Part shown: positions 34,202 through 46,769 of the stretch, one piece after another
How positions within the stretch are numbered: position 1 is the stretch's first letter
Layout: the number at the start of each line of letters is the position of its first letter
Assembly: GCF_009834535.1 (NCBI RefSeq)
Contig: NC_045696.1
Location: 63,676,001-63,740,000, forward strand
Origin: Camelus ferus
Taxonomy: Eukaryota
Length of the DNA: 64,000 bases
Direction of reading: 5' to 3'
Program-made: the position numbers and the translations under genes
Notes under the pieces: model-generated
What the model saw: only the letters and a program-made list of their open reading frames with translations
Told to the model about the DNA's origin: nothing
Database searches by the model: none

Positions 34202-34742
34202 CCCCCAAAACTGAAAGCAGGGACTTAAATAGATATCTTTATATACACAAGGGTTCATAGCAACATTATTTACAACAGCCCAAAGGTAGAAACAACCCAA
34301 ATATCCAGCGACAGATGAATAGGTAAACAAGATGTGGTACAATACAATGGAATATTATTCAGACTTAAAAAATGAATGAATATGATATCACTTATATGTG
34401 GAATCTTAAAAAAAATAGACACAAATGAACTTACAAAAAAAAAAACAGACGCTAAAGGGCAAAAATTGTGTAATTCCAGTCGTATGACGTGCCTAGACTT
34501 CATAGAGACAGAGTCGAGTTTGTGGTTGCCAGGGGCTGGGGACAGGGGAAATGGGGAGTTAGTGTTTAATGAATACAGTGTTTCAGTTGGGGAAGATGAA
34601 AAAGTTCTGGAGAGGGACAGTGGTGATGGTTGCACGACAATGTGAATGTGCTTAATGACACTGAACTGTTCACTTGAAAATGGTTAAAATGGTAAATTTT
34701 ATGTTATGTACATTTTACCATAATAGCAAAAAAAATTTAAAA
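34202..34742 (+). mobile_element. L1MB-like 3' end with an internal young-L1 patch
   Basis: CTGAAAGCAGGGACT...GTGGTTGCCAGGGGCTGGGG...ATGGTTAAAATGGTAAATTTTATGTTATG. Confidence 0.88.
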
Positions 34743-34942
34743 GAAGCTAGACACTTGTTTGGCATTTTCAGATCGTGTGAGGCAAGGTGAGAGGCTCTTT
34801 TCAACACTCTGTGCTTAGGAACCACTGCCACTCCACCACCCCATGTGGCTTGCTGTCTCTGTGACTCCCTGCAGGGTTCCTCACACACCAGGGGGCCACT
34901 TGCAGGTCACGAAGGCTCACTGAGGCTCCGTCCATTTGGAGG

Positions 34943-35117
34943 AGTGAGTCTCAGTTCCAGCTGTACTTTGGGAGCTTTGAAAAATGCAGATGCCTGGGCC
35001 CCACCCTTCCAGAATCTGGTTCAATCACTGTGGCCATTGAGCCCCGGTCCCTGCATTTATTAAGAGCCTCCCTGGCCCCGGGTTGCTCTAGTGTACAGGC
35101 AGGGTTGGGAAGCTCCC
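34943..35117 (+). mobile_element. MER5-like element
   Basis: GGAGCTTTGAAAAATGCAGATGCCTGGGCCCCACCC...CAGGGTTGGGAA. Confidence 0.7.
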
Positions 35118-36139
35118 AGAGAGAACTCTGTTTTGAAAAATCAGTAGGATGTTTTACAAATATAATAGATGAGTAACTCAAAGAACATATCAGGCAGAAC
35201 GGAGCAGAGGCCTGGGGCAGGACAGCTCTGGGGAGGTGGGTTTGTCCTGGGAAGGGTCCTGCAGGGGTGGGCGGATCTGCAGGTGTGATTATCTGCACTC
35301 TGTAAAGAAGCAAGAAATGAGTAAGCCACACTGCTTGGTTTGGAGGAAGGGAAAAAAACAAGATTGGGATGAAGTAATAAAACACGAGACAAGAGGACCT
35401 AGAGCTCCAAGGTGAAGCGTTGGGTTTTTTCCTATTCCTGAGCAAACGCTCATAAATGGAGAACATTCACTTCTGCAGAGAAGTCTTGGATTTCCATCTC
35501 AGGTAATTCCATGGTGAGAAAAGTAATCCAGGTTCCTCTAAGCAGAAGTCTATCTACACCCCCCCCCCGCAATTCTCTGTCAAAAGAGACCAAACCCCAG
35601 TCTAAAGGCAGGATTTCATTCAGAATAGCATCTATACTTACAAAATCACTCGACCCAAAGTTTGGGTTATTTAATTTAGTGATTTGACCGAGTCAAGCAG
35701 TTTTTTGAGGGATCAGAGATAACAATCTAAAAAGAAAAATAGAGGACTAGCTAAAATTTGACTCTTCGGTTTTGTCATCCTAAATCTTTTATGAAACACA
35801 GTGGAGAATTAATTAATTGATCAATCTGGTCCCCTTTCCCTAAAAAATATTTCTCCAAATCATCTCCTGGAATTGGTAGGGAAATGGCTGTCATGTGACA
35901 GAGATCAAGTGAACCATCAAAACCCATCGGAACATAGTTTTTAAGAATCGAGGAACGAGAAAGAGGTTCTGGAGGGAACATGAGTCTTTATTTCATGGAA
36001 AGAGTTTCGTGGTACCAAGAAGCTGATTGAGCCTGTGAGAGTCTCAGTGCACGGGAAGGTCTTCCTCACCCGCAGGTCACCGCCCTGGCCGTCCCCTGTG
36101 CACAGGAGTCAAGGACTGAGGACAATCCTAACATCCAGG

Positions 36140-36620
36140 ACGCTAGCTAACCTACACTGAGTGCTTGCTCTGATCTCTCCGGGCACTCGTCTATAAACCT
36201 AGTGTGTGTCCAGATTTCTAATCCTCAGGACCACCCAGTGAGATGGGGATTATTTTCATCACACCCATCCAAGGGTGAGGAGCCTGGGACAAGGAGCAGT
36301 TCAGTAATTCACCCAAGATCAACATATATTGCTGTGTTGGACTCAGACTAGCCTGGTTCAGAGCCTGAGTCCTTCACACGCCACGGTTATCCTGGAAGAA
36401 GGAAAGGAAGGTGGAAACAAAAGTGTTTATGAAGTGCCAGCTACTTCACACGTGGTTGTTTCATTTCACCCCCATGACACATCCTTTGTCCCATGTTATA
36501 GTCACAGAAGGGGGGAAACACAGAGTTAAGAGTTTAATGACTAGTGAGTGAGAGGTGGAGCTAGGATTGAACCTTAATTTATCTGACTGTAAACCAGTGC
36601 TTTTTCCACTAAACCATGAA
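36140..36620 (-). mobile_element. Two tandem MIR copies
   Basis: TAATCCTCAGGACCACCCAGTGAG...ACCCAAGATCA; TCATTTCACCCCCATGAC...GGAGCTAGGATTGAACC. Confidence 0.65.
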
Positions 36621-37060
36621 ATTTCAGAGTAGCGCCCATGCATGAAAGCACACTTAAGGCAGAAAGTCTCTTGCTTAGGTCTTCATCCTTACCTTTGTAC
36701 AGTTCTAACAAGTTGGTTACCTGGTTTCCTGGCTCAAAGCCAGAAAGTATGTGAGGGGGTTGGAGGGAAAAGTATGGGTAGGTGGACTGCAGGGGAAATA
36801 AAGTTGACAGAGAAATAAATGTCCAAGAGAAAAGAATTATTAACCAAGCAGTGTCTTAGCTATCCATCTTTGATTTCTTTGAACAGATGTTTTGTGATAA
36901 AAGTTATATGACTTCTTTAAAGGAGTCAGAGGAAAGCGGTTGGATGACTTCATCAAGGTAGATTTGGTAAACTTTAAAAAATTCGCACAAAGAAAATCTT
37001 TACTTAAATTTAGAACACAAAATTAAGTACAATCAAGAACTCTTTTTTAAAAAGCCATTT

Positions 37061-37352
37061 TATACCATATGATATCACATATATGTGAAATCTAAAAGGC
37101 GGTGGGAAGGCATGAACTCGGAGTTCGAGAATTGCAGATACTCTAACTACTATATAGAAAATAGATAAACAACAAATTTCTGCTGTAGAGCACAGGGAAC
37201 GATATTCAATGTCTTGTAGTAACCGGTAATGAAACAGAATATGAAAACGAATGTATGTATACATATATATGACTGAAATATTTCGCTGGACACCAGAAAT
37301 TGACGCAACATTGTGAACTGACAATACTTCAATAAAAATTAATTAATTAATT
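37061..37352 (+). mobile_element. Young 5'-truncated L1 3'UTR with TSD
   Basis: ATACCATATGATATCAC...ATAGATAAACAACAA...ACACCAGAAATTGAC...ACTTCAATAAAA; TSD AAAAGCCATTT 37050-60 / 37353-63. Confidence 0.92.
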
Positions 37353-37614
37353 AAAAGCCATTTGATTTGACTCTAGAGAATACTTTACCATTTTTCTAAA
37401 CAGTGTAACATCCGTAAAATGATGATTCCAAGATTATGAAACACGCATCAGAAGGCGTGGGGAGCTCGGACGCAGTTGCAGGATGCAGCGCAGGTCTGTG
37501 CCCGGGCATGCCCTCCTTCCCCACCTGCCCTCCGCTCCTCTGCAGGGCCAGGGCAAGCTCTTTCCGGGCTCTTCTGAGAAGTCAGCCCTATTCCCTCTGC
37601 CGCACCCATCCCCA

Positions 37615-37808
37615 CCCCGCAGTTCTCACACTCTGAGGGCTTCTGAGTGAAGAGTGTGCCTTAGAACACAGCTTGCTGGGCTCCTCCCCAGGAATTTCTG
37701 ATTCAACAGTCTGGACCTGAGCATCTGTGTTTCTAACACGTTTCCAATGGATGCTGATGCTACTGGTTGGATGAGGCCACGTTGAGGACCACGGCTCTCT
37801 CCACTGCT
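37615..37808 (+). mobile_element. MER5A-like element
   Basis: TTGCTGGGCTCCTCCCCAGGAATTTCTGATTCA...TTTCTAACA...GATGCTGATGCTACTGG. Confidence 0.7.
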
Positions 37809-38292
37809 GCCCTGGTCTCTTCACTTGTTTTACTTCCACTTTGGCCAAGCAATGTCTGTGTTTTCTCAGGAGTCTGTGAGCTTCTTGAAGGAAGGAGCTG
37901 GCTTTCTGGCCTGGGAGGAGGGGAATAGCAGGCTGCTGAGGGGCTGCTGGGTGAGGATGCCTGCTGAGCAGAGAGGACCCAGGGCTGAGGAGTCTGTGCA
38001 GTGAGAAGGCTTTAGTCACAGGTCTCTGAACTACATCCCAACCCAGACCCTGCTGGACTCACAGACTCAGTGGAAACTTAGGAACTGTAACTCAATGCAA
38101 AGAGCTAGTTTAAACAAGAAAGGCAGATGCAGCACTCCCTGGAACCCCTAAAACAGAGCATGATACAGGGACAGGTGTTTTTCTCTACTTACTCACAAAC
38201 CACTCTTCTGGCCCCTCAAGGAATTCAGGCCATCACTAGCAATGCTTGACTGAGAGGACAGAGCCCAGGAGAGCAGGGCATCGTCCAGGGCC

Positions 38293-38510
38293 ACATTGCC
38301 CAATATGGTAGCCATTAGCCACACATGGCTATGTAAATGTAAATTTAAATGAATTAGAATTTTAAAAAATTTTTAAATTCAGTCCATCATCACACCAGCC
38401 ACCTTTCGAGGGCTCAGTAGTCACAGATGGCTAAATGGCCATCCCACTGGACAGGCAGCACAGATACGGAACATGTCCAGCACTGCAGAAAGTTCTGTTG
38501 GCTAGCCCTG
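38293..38510 (-). mobile_element. MER3 hAT-Charlie element
   Basis: CCAATATGGTAGCCATTAGCCACACATGGCTA...GCAGAAAGTTCTGTTGGCTAGCCCTG. Confidence 0.85.
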
Positions 38511-40189
38511 CTGTCAGGGCTTGGACAATGATGGCAGTCTCCAGGGCAGGGCAAGGCTGCATGTTTGTGCCCCTCCCGCCACGTGCTACTGCTGCCCAAG
38601 ATCGGCAGACTCTGCAGTGCCCCACAGATGGGTGCCTGAGAACAGATGCTCCTCTCTGCCTCCCCACTTTCCTACACTTCTTGGACAAGGACGTTAGTGC
38701 CCAGTGTGGCAGTGGCACCCATGACAGAGGGGCACTGGTGGGACTGAGAGTAGGATCGTCCCAGAGCAGGCTAAGCCACTCCCTGGGACTCCTTGCAGGC
38801 TGCTCAGGCCGAGCTGGGTCACAGCATCTCCACTGCCCTCGGGGTCAGCTGCTGCCTCGGCTGGCTCCTCCTGCAGCAGTTACTTTCCCTCCGCTCTCTC
38901 ATAAACTGGGTGTGCGCCTTCACTTGTCATCACTCCTCTTTTAAAAACAGCCCACTCTGAGTTACAATTCAGGAATTTAAAAGGATGACAAATAGAACAG
39001 CAGAGTTGGTCTATCCAGGCCAAAGATAGCTTCTCTAAGACTTAGTATATTTTAACAAGAAGGTTTCCCAGACTTCCCTGGAGACATTGCCATGGGTGGA
39101 TAAATCTCTCTCCATAGACGAGTTACAAGTTACGTGACTGTAGGTAGCTTAAATGTTCCTTTGTTGAATTCCTCCTTAACTCATCATAAAATGGAAAAAC
39201 AGAATCTAATTTCCTTGGGGGAGGGGGCTAAAGGCTGAGGTAGGTGGGAGGGAGGGCACTCCAGGGGGTCTTTCAAGTTGCACTTGGGACTTGAATTGTA
39301 GCAGATGGTCCCTAGTTTGTCTCTGCCAACCCCTCACCCGTCTGTACTGCAGGGGTCTTAGCCGGTGGCTGGGTAACAAAGCAAGGACCACTGTAAATGG
39401 AACACACTGAGGGGAGAAGGAAGCAGTCTAAGAACAGAATGCTCATCCAGGTCATGGGGCTGGGTCCAGTTTGAGCCCAAGCAGTGTCCACGGCTAGAAA
39501 TACACAGGATGTGTGGCAACAGGCGACCAGAAGTCTGTTCATGCGACGGGGCCTCAGCAGCCTCCTGGGAGAGCTCTCATTGTACGAGAGTCGGAACCGG
39601 AGCGTTGCAAGCTTGATTTGGTAGGCACCTGTTCTAAGCTGGAAGAGGGGAAAGACTCCCACTGGCACCATGGCATCTGTCACCCAGATTTGTCTCCAGC
39701 CCAGCTAGGGGGGATGGAATGAGCATGGCCACCCTTAGGAAATTATTTGGCTCCAAAACAAACAAAAACAAATAAACAAACTGCTGGGCCCAAGCAGCAC
39801 AACTTGGGGATTTCTCTAAGCAGAGTGGTGATCAGAGAGGTTCTTTCACATGTTCCATCCTTAGAACCTCCCTCCTAACGCTGTGTCCAGTGAGGATAAA
39901 CTTATTGATGAGCAGCATGTGATCTGAAGAGCATCCGGAAGGCTTATCAAACACTGACCCCCCCATATAGACACACACAGGAGTGTGTGCCTGTTAAAAC
40001 ACAAATTCATAAAAGACAATTTCACTAAATACTCAAGTTATTCTAGGTCAAATTATTTTGAACTTTTAAAACAGCGTTTTTTTCATTTTATTCTTAATTA
40101 ATGTCATTATCTTTACAGTTCTGAGTCAGGCTTTCCTCTCCATTCTTGGGGTGTTTTATGTACTCCCGGGAGCATTTGAAAGGTGCAGC

Positions 40190-40760
40190 TGCCCCCAGTT
40201 TTACATCCACCCTGATCTTCTCTCCTGAACTGCAGCCGCAGACATCAAATTGCCTCCTGCACATGACCACGGTGATGTCTCTCAGGCCCCTCGCCTCCAC
40301 AGACTGGATTCTGAGCCCATCCACCCCTTCCTCCTGACACCACCCCAGGCTGCTCCTCCTGCAACCCCATCCCCGTCAGAGAACAGCAGCAACCCCCATG
40401 CCCGCCCCAACCCCCTTCCCTGACTTCCACAGCAGTCAGTCCCTAGATCCTGCTGCTTTTACTTCCTGCGTAGATCTCAAATCTGTCCCTGGCCCTTGTC
40501 ACCACTGCCAGCATCCCAGGTCCAGATACCATCATTTGTCACCTGAAATACTGCAAACTCCCTCCTGGCAGGTCGTCCCAGCTCCCACCTGGCCACCCTG
40601 CTTCCCCCACCCCCTTCAAACAACATTGAACTTTGAAACATGTAACCCTGAATATATCACATCCCTGTTGAAAACTCTAGTTGTTCACTATTGCCCTTAA
40701 GATAAAGCCTCAAATCCTTAGCACAGTTAATAAACAGCCCTCGAACATGGCCTCGGCCCC
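40190..40760 (+). mobile_element. L2 fragment
   Basis: CTCTCCTGAACTGCAG...AATTGCCTCCTGCACAT...ATCACATCCCTGTTGAAAACTCT. Confidence 0.75.
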
Positions 40761-41122
40761 CTAGGGTGACCCAATCCCTGAATGTCGCACTGGAAGTCCT
40801 GGGTTCTTAGTTTCTGGCAAACCAGGCTGTTGCATTGCTTCTCTTCCTTCCCCAAGCCCCCAACCCCTCTACCCTACCCCGCAACCACAGCTATTTTCAC
40901 CCCTTCTGAATTTCTGTCATGTAACGCTGTCTGTCACCTCGAGAACTTCACACTTGTAGTCCTGGGTCTCCTACTGAGAACACTCTGCCCCAGCCCCTTT
41001 GTCTTTTGAACTTTTAAACCCCCTCCCCACGGTGGGAAGGTGGGGTTGGTTAGATGACTGGAAGCGCCCCTTGTGACACCTAAATACATTATTGCCATCG
41101 CAGGACATCCGGATGCCTCCCT

Positions 41123-41156
41123 CCGTGACCGTGACCGTGACCGTGACCGTGACCGT
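41123..41156. repeat. (CCGTGA)5.7 perfect hexamer repeat
   Basis: Directly visible. Confidence 0.95.
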
Positions 41157-42129
41157 AAGTGCTGCAGGAGGGGCTGCATCGTCTCTGCCCCTGTTGTCAC
41201 CCCACATCAGGCACAAAATTACATTTTGGTTTCCCTCCTCTTCCATTACGTACATGCTAAAATCCAAAGCCTTTGCCCTGGAGCTTAAGGTGCTCTGTGA
41301 TCTGACCCCTGCTGTCAATCACCTCCCTATCGCTGTGCAGGGTTCCTGCCGTTAGAGCATTGTGCACGCTCAGCCCTGCAATACTGTGACCAAGGAGCAC
41401 TGGACATTGAATTCATTTTTATGTTCAGCAGAACACCTGCCAGAGTCTGGACAGAGCAGGTGCTCAGTGACAGTGTGTTGAGTGGAACAGACTAACTCCT
41501 GCTCCTGGCTGCATGGTCACTGTGGCCTGTCTGGCCCTGTCCATTGAGGGGCAGGCCTGGAACTGCCACCCTTTGTAACAGACACTAACACACAAAGGGG
41601 TGAGGTTAGTTCCTGTGCATAGGGTCCCGGAACTGGCTGACCTCAGTAATACTTCTTAGCGTGCTACTGATGCAACTAGGATTTTCTTAAATCAACACAG
41701 CAGTATGCCCAGGGTGTTTTCTACAAACTTTATTTGAAACATTTCAATGTCGGTTATTGATCACCCCCTGCCTCCACCCAAATGGTAACTGCTCAAAACC
41801 AGATCAAGAGGAGTGATGCTGACACCTCCCAGCCGTGGCTGCGCTCTGTTCTAGGCTGCATGCTGGGGTCTGGAGATGCCTTACAGAGGAGCTTACAGTC
41901 TAACGAGGGGGTAGAATGAGCTGGGAAACAACCCCACAGGGAAGTACCAGCAACACAGCAAGACAAGAGCACCACGGAGGGTCCTGTGTGATGCGGCAGG
42001 AGACCGAGGATCAAGTGGGAGGGCTTATGGAGGGTGCTGACCCACAGCAGGTGCTCAGCAAGTGGTGAGGCGTCTTAGTCTCACTGCCACGCGTCTGGCT
42101 GAGGGCACAGAGGAGTGAGGCCTCCGCCT

Positions 42130-42560
42130 GCACCTGGTTGCTATGCCTCCTCCCACCCCCTCCATCGCTCCAGCCAGATTTTCTATCAATGAGAAACACA
42201 CCAAATTCTTTTCCACCTGAGGAGGGCAAAGCTCTTCCTGATGCCGGGAACCCTCTGTTCCTGGCTCTGGGCAAAGCTGGCTCCATCTCGTCCTTCCAGC
42301 CTCAGGGTAAATGCCGCCTCCCCCAAAAGGCCCTTCCTGATGGCCCCATCACTCCCAGAGTTATTGTCTATTACATCATACAGCCTATTTCCTTCTTGGC
42401 AATTACCAGAAACTGTAGTCATTTGGTTTCTTTCTTTGCTTTGTCTATTGTCCTGCTAGACTTCAAGCTCCGGAAAGAGAAGAGCCACTTCTGTGCGCCT
42501 CCACCATTGTGGCCCAGTCCCTGGAATGAGCTCGTTGTGTGATCAGCATGTGGTTGATCT
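42130..42560 (+). mobile_element. L2 3' region
   Basis: TCCTTCCAGCCTCAGGGTAAATGCCGCCTCCCC...CTAGACTTCAAGCTCC. Confidence 0.7.
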
Positions 42561-43157
42561 GCCTCTGCCTGGGGGAGCTGGGAAGACCTCGCAGATAAAG
42601 GTGCATTTGACCAGGGCCTGGGAGAGGGATCAAGAGGTTACCCACCAGGAGGCTGCAAAGATGATGTGGCACCTGGCCTGCTTCTCAGTGGGAAGGGAGC
42701 ACTGAGAAAGGAGATTTTATCATGACTAGCAGCTCTGTCCAGAAGACAGGTCACTGAGCCCAAACCAACGCTGGGCATTCAGAGTTACCCTGTGGGTGGG
42801 AGGGAAGGGCGGTGGGCTCTTCATCCCACTGTCAGATGCTGAGGGCTCAGGCCCCGCCTCTCCCCTGGGTTCTCTTAGCTAGCAGCCTTCCGACCTGGAA
42901 TCAGCTTTTCACAGTGTGACCTGCCCACCGGGCCGGGGTGGGGAAGGGGATGAGCCTTATCGGGTGACCAAGCCCAGTTTTTAAACAATAGTGATGAAAT
43001 CTAGAGGCATTACCATTCACTGGGCACCTGCTAAGCAGCAACCGCCGTGCTGGGTGTTTTACACACAAATGTCTGTTTAAGCCACAGCTGCTGCCCAAAG
43101 TTGGCATGATCTCCCCCATTTTCCAAGGCTGAAACTGGGATTCTAATAGGGTGAGTA

Positions 43158-43650
43158 GAGGTGGTAAATATATACAGTGGAATATAACTCAGCCATAAAA
43201 AAGAATGAAATAATGCCATTTGCAGCAACATGGATGGATCTAGAGATTATCATATTAAGTGAAGTAAGTCAGGCAGAGAAAGACAAACTTCATATGATAT
43301 CACTGATATGTGGCTCTAAAAACAAAAGGATACAAATTCTATTTACAAACCAAAAACAGACTCACGGACATAGAAAACAAACTATGGTTACCAAAGGGGA
43401 AGGGGCAGGGAGGGGTAAATTAGGGGTTGGGGGTTAACAGACACATGTTACTATATATAAAATAGATAAACAATAAGGTCCTACTATATAGCACAGAGAA
43501 CTACATTCAGTTTCTTGTAATAACATATAATGGAAAAGAATCTAGATACATGTATATATGTGTAACTGAATCACTTTGTTGTGCACCTGAAACTAACATT
43601 GTAAATCAACTACATGTCAATAAAAAACAAACAGACAAAAAAACCCAAGA
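43158..43650 (+). mobile_element. 5'-truncated L1 (ORF2 end plus 3'UTR) inserted in an antisense MIR
   Basis: ORF 43177: EYNSAIKKNEIMPFAATWMDLEIIILSEVSQ; A-rich tail; TSD AGGGTGAGTA 43148-57 / AGGATGAGTA 43651-60; MIR halves at ~43000-43150 and ~43660-43745. Confidence 0.93.
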
Positions 43651-44029
43651 AGGATGAGTAACATGTCCGAAGTCTCAGGCCTGGGAAGCTGTGGATGGAG
43701 TTGCAGATTCAGCTGCGTCTGACTGCAGCCAGTGCTCTGAATCACAATCTCCTCTGGCCAGAGTATCTCACAGGTGAATCGATTACTTAGGTTTGGCTGG
43801 GTCCCTTGGGGGTTGAGTCATCGTAAGTCAGGCAGCCTGAACCTGTTCCTCTCTGGGAAGCTGATACACACCTAATCCCTAAACTAACGCCACCGAGGGC
43901 GAGACTCTGGACTCTGGTAACCCCGTGATAGGGCTCTTATACCCTCCCCGACCCAGAGCCGGAGACTGCTTCTCCCCAGGGCAGGACTGGGGTACCTATT
44001 GCAGAAATCGCGCTTGGCTCTGCCCTGGA

Positions 44030-44440
44030 ACGGGGTGGCTAAGAGCTCGGGTAGAGAGGTAGACGGATTGGTTTGAAATCCAACTCCTGATCTTAGCAGC
44101 CGTGTGACCCTGGCTGGAGCAAGTCTCCTTACCACTCTGAACATCAATCCTCACCTGCGAAACAAAGTCAAGAACAGTCTCCTGGTGTTGCTGTGAGAAC
44201 CACATGAAAAAAAACCTCTGTAAGGTTCCAAGCACAGAATCTTGGCATACAGCAGGCCCTCACCCATCGGTGGCTTTTAATGTCATTGCAGTTGTTAACA
44301 GTCTTAAGGAGAGGTGTCTGAGATCGAGCGGGTTTGAATCCTGGTGCCATCCCTTTCTAGTGACTTTGGGCAAGGTATTGGACTTCTAAACTCCTCATCT
44401 TTAAACTGGATAATTTAGGAAGTTTGGAGAGGTGGGAGGC
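44030..44440 (+). mobile_element. Two MIR copies
   Basis: GGTTTGAAATCC...GTGTGACCCTGG...CCTCACCTGCGAAA; GGGTTTGAATCCTGG...GTGACTTTGGGCAAG. Confidence 0.7.
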
Positions 44441-45649
44441 CAGTGCCCTCACCCTTAAATTAAAATCAGCTTCTGTTAAAGAATTGGGAAATGCCAGAGG
44501 TAGAGAATGACTCTTGCCACATATGGACAGCATCTGCCTGAATCCATGGGCTGCCAAGAGACGGCCCAGGACTTCTGGACCATCTGAATCTCATCAGGGC
44601 GTCCAGGGTGTGGTCTCCATAGTGTGGCTGCATCAGCTAGTCTGAAGCTTTTGACTAGTCTGTTGTTTTGGTTGGATCTAAAAGAAGATTGTCACAAGTA
44701 TACTCAGCATGGGAGTTAGGAAAGAAAAGGCCACAGACAAAGGCCGCGTCCACACATGCTGCCCTGGGCGTGCCTGGCCTCAGGAGTTCAGACGTGTAGC
44801 CCAGGGCAGGCCACCTCGCTGTGGAAACAAGGGCTCTGGGTGATCAGAGCTCCCTGGCGTGGGTTCTAAACCTCTGGTTCTGCTTTTGTGCCCCCTACCT
44901 GCCTCACAGTGTTCACCTTCTCACCAGGAGAAAAGCTAAGATCGTTGGCACCTCAGGCTCTTGGTAACACGTCAGACCCTGAATGTGAGCAGATATGAAT
45001 TAGTCCTGAAATGTGGACCCCCCTCTCTCTGAGGACATGGACAACACTGAGTTTCTGGGCCTGCCAGGCTGAGAACCCAATCCTGTCACATGGCGGCCCT
45101 ACCAAGTTACAGCCACTCTGAGGCCCTTACGGAGGTGGCACATGACTGTCCCAGAGGGCACTCGTCTCCAAGTCACCTTTATCCATAATAATGCCACCCT
45201 CAGTGTTGTGCAAAGGATTAAATATCCATGTCTGGGCATATACTAGGTACTCAGCAAATGCAGATTCTTTCCTCATCTTCTGTAAACCCTATAACCAGCC
45301 TGGGTCAAGAGATTGTGATCATCTTAAGGCCTGGAACCCTGCCTCCTATTGCTCTGGTTTCTCTCCCTCACTCCCCCAGAAGTCCCTAGGACCTGACCTT
45401 GCCCTTGGTGGTCATCTTAGCCACACTGCAGGTTCTTGCCTTCCTGCTCTCTGCCCACACATCATTCATGCCCTCCAGGTGTTCCCTGAGCCACACAGCA
45501 GCAGCTACACAGTGGAGCAAAACAGGCCCGCAGAGTAGCACCCAGATTCTAGAGCTGCCTCCCACTCACTGAGGGACCTGGGCCTCCCCTTCCGCATTTG
45601 TGAAATGATGGAATTGGGCTAGCTGCTCACATGCTGTGCTCATATGAAT

Positions 45650-45860
45650 GAATTATTCCATCCATCTGTTTATCCATCCATCATTCATCCACTCACCCAT
45701 CCATCCATCCACCCATCCATCGCACACCCATCTCAGGCACCTTCTCAGTGCTCTGTTAGGGACTATTATAGGAAGAGAGTTGAATAGCTATGCCCCAGGC
45801 CTCTAGCCCCTCACACCACAGTGAAGGAGGCAGACCCCCTCACAATATGATGTACCCTAG
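45650..45860 (-). mobile_element. L2 3' end with (TCCA)n-expanded tail
   Basis: (TCCA)n 45657-45730 then GGCACCTTCTCAGTGCTC. Confidence 0.55.
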
Positions 45861-45999
45861 GAGGGGACAAGCAGTGGGACAAGCTGGAGACCAGGGTCAT
45901 GCTCTAAGTGAGTGTCCCCAGCCAGTGGTTCTGCAGAGTGAGGGTGCCCAGAGGTTGGTCCCTTTCCGAGAGAGATTCCTCCCCTCTCTGGACCATTAG

Positions 46000-46330
46000 T
46001 CAGCGCCCTGAAATGCCCGCCTCCCCGTGGCGGTCCCTCTTGTCCTCCTGCAGCGCAGCACAAAGGTCCTGTTGTGGGCTGCAGCCCAGGCTGCCTAGAG
46101 CCTCGGGCTGACTCACCCTCTTGCCATTTCCTCTGTGCGGCTCTCAGGCTCCTTGCTGGAAGCCATCATGTGCCTGGCTGCGGCTGCTGCGGGGCAGGCG
46201 GGGAGGCGGGGAGCCGGGCAGCGGGTGGGGAACTTCACCTGGTTGGTGGCCCACAGCCCCCCCACCGCATTCCCCCTTCTCCCCACCCGCCCCCCACCAT
46301 CAGGCGCTGGCGGCGGCGGCGAAGGCAAAG
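46000..46330. promoter_or_regulatory. Small GC/CpG-rich island-like element with GC boxes
   Basis: About 20 CpG in ~320 bp; GGCGGGG twice; G-tract 46191-46230 and C-tract 46257-46298. Confidence 0.45.
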
Positions 46331-46769
46331 TGCCTGCCTGGGGAGGCAGGGATGTCCCTGATCAGGGTTCCTCAGCTCCAGGTCCCCGGTCTCTAAACCA
46401 ACACATCTTTATGAAAAGTGAAAATTGCCCAGAGAAGGGAAGTCCCGGGGTGGGGCTTGGGAAGCATCATGGGCTGCCGGCCTCCTGGCGGCTCTTTCGT
46501 CTCAGCCCAGAGGCCTTGAAGACAGCAGGATGCCTGTGCTGGAGGCATCCTCCCCGACCTGGCTCAGGGCTAGGGCTGGCGTGTGGCCAGAGGTGGCCGC
46601 CACTTAAGGAAGAGTGAAGAAAGCCAAAGAGCACGGACCAGAAACCTGAGACGTGTTCCTCCGCAGGTTCACTGCGTGACCTGCAGCAAGTGTTAGCAAT
46701 GGAATTTCAGGCATTTCTCCCAGCAGGTTCTAAGTCCTGGCTCCTCAGACCCTTCCCGGTCTGGCTCCT

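Noticed and set aside
35640..35700. Possible pre-miRNA hairpin (AAATCACT...ACCCAAAGTTTGGGT...AGTGATTT)
   Set aside because: Stems are short and asymmetric, and I recognise no mature miRNA
41968..41985. REST/RE1-like site AGCACCACGGAGGG
   Set aside because: Lacks the 5' TTC and the ACAG right half; lies in L2-like sequence
46135..46617. 160-aa Ala/Gly/Pro-rich ORF as a first coding exon
   Set aside because: Starts at a non-ATG codon, is explained by high GC content, and has no recognisable domain
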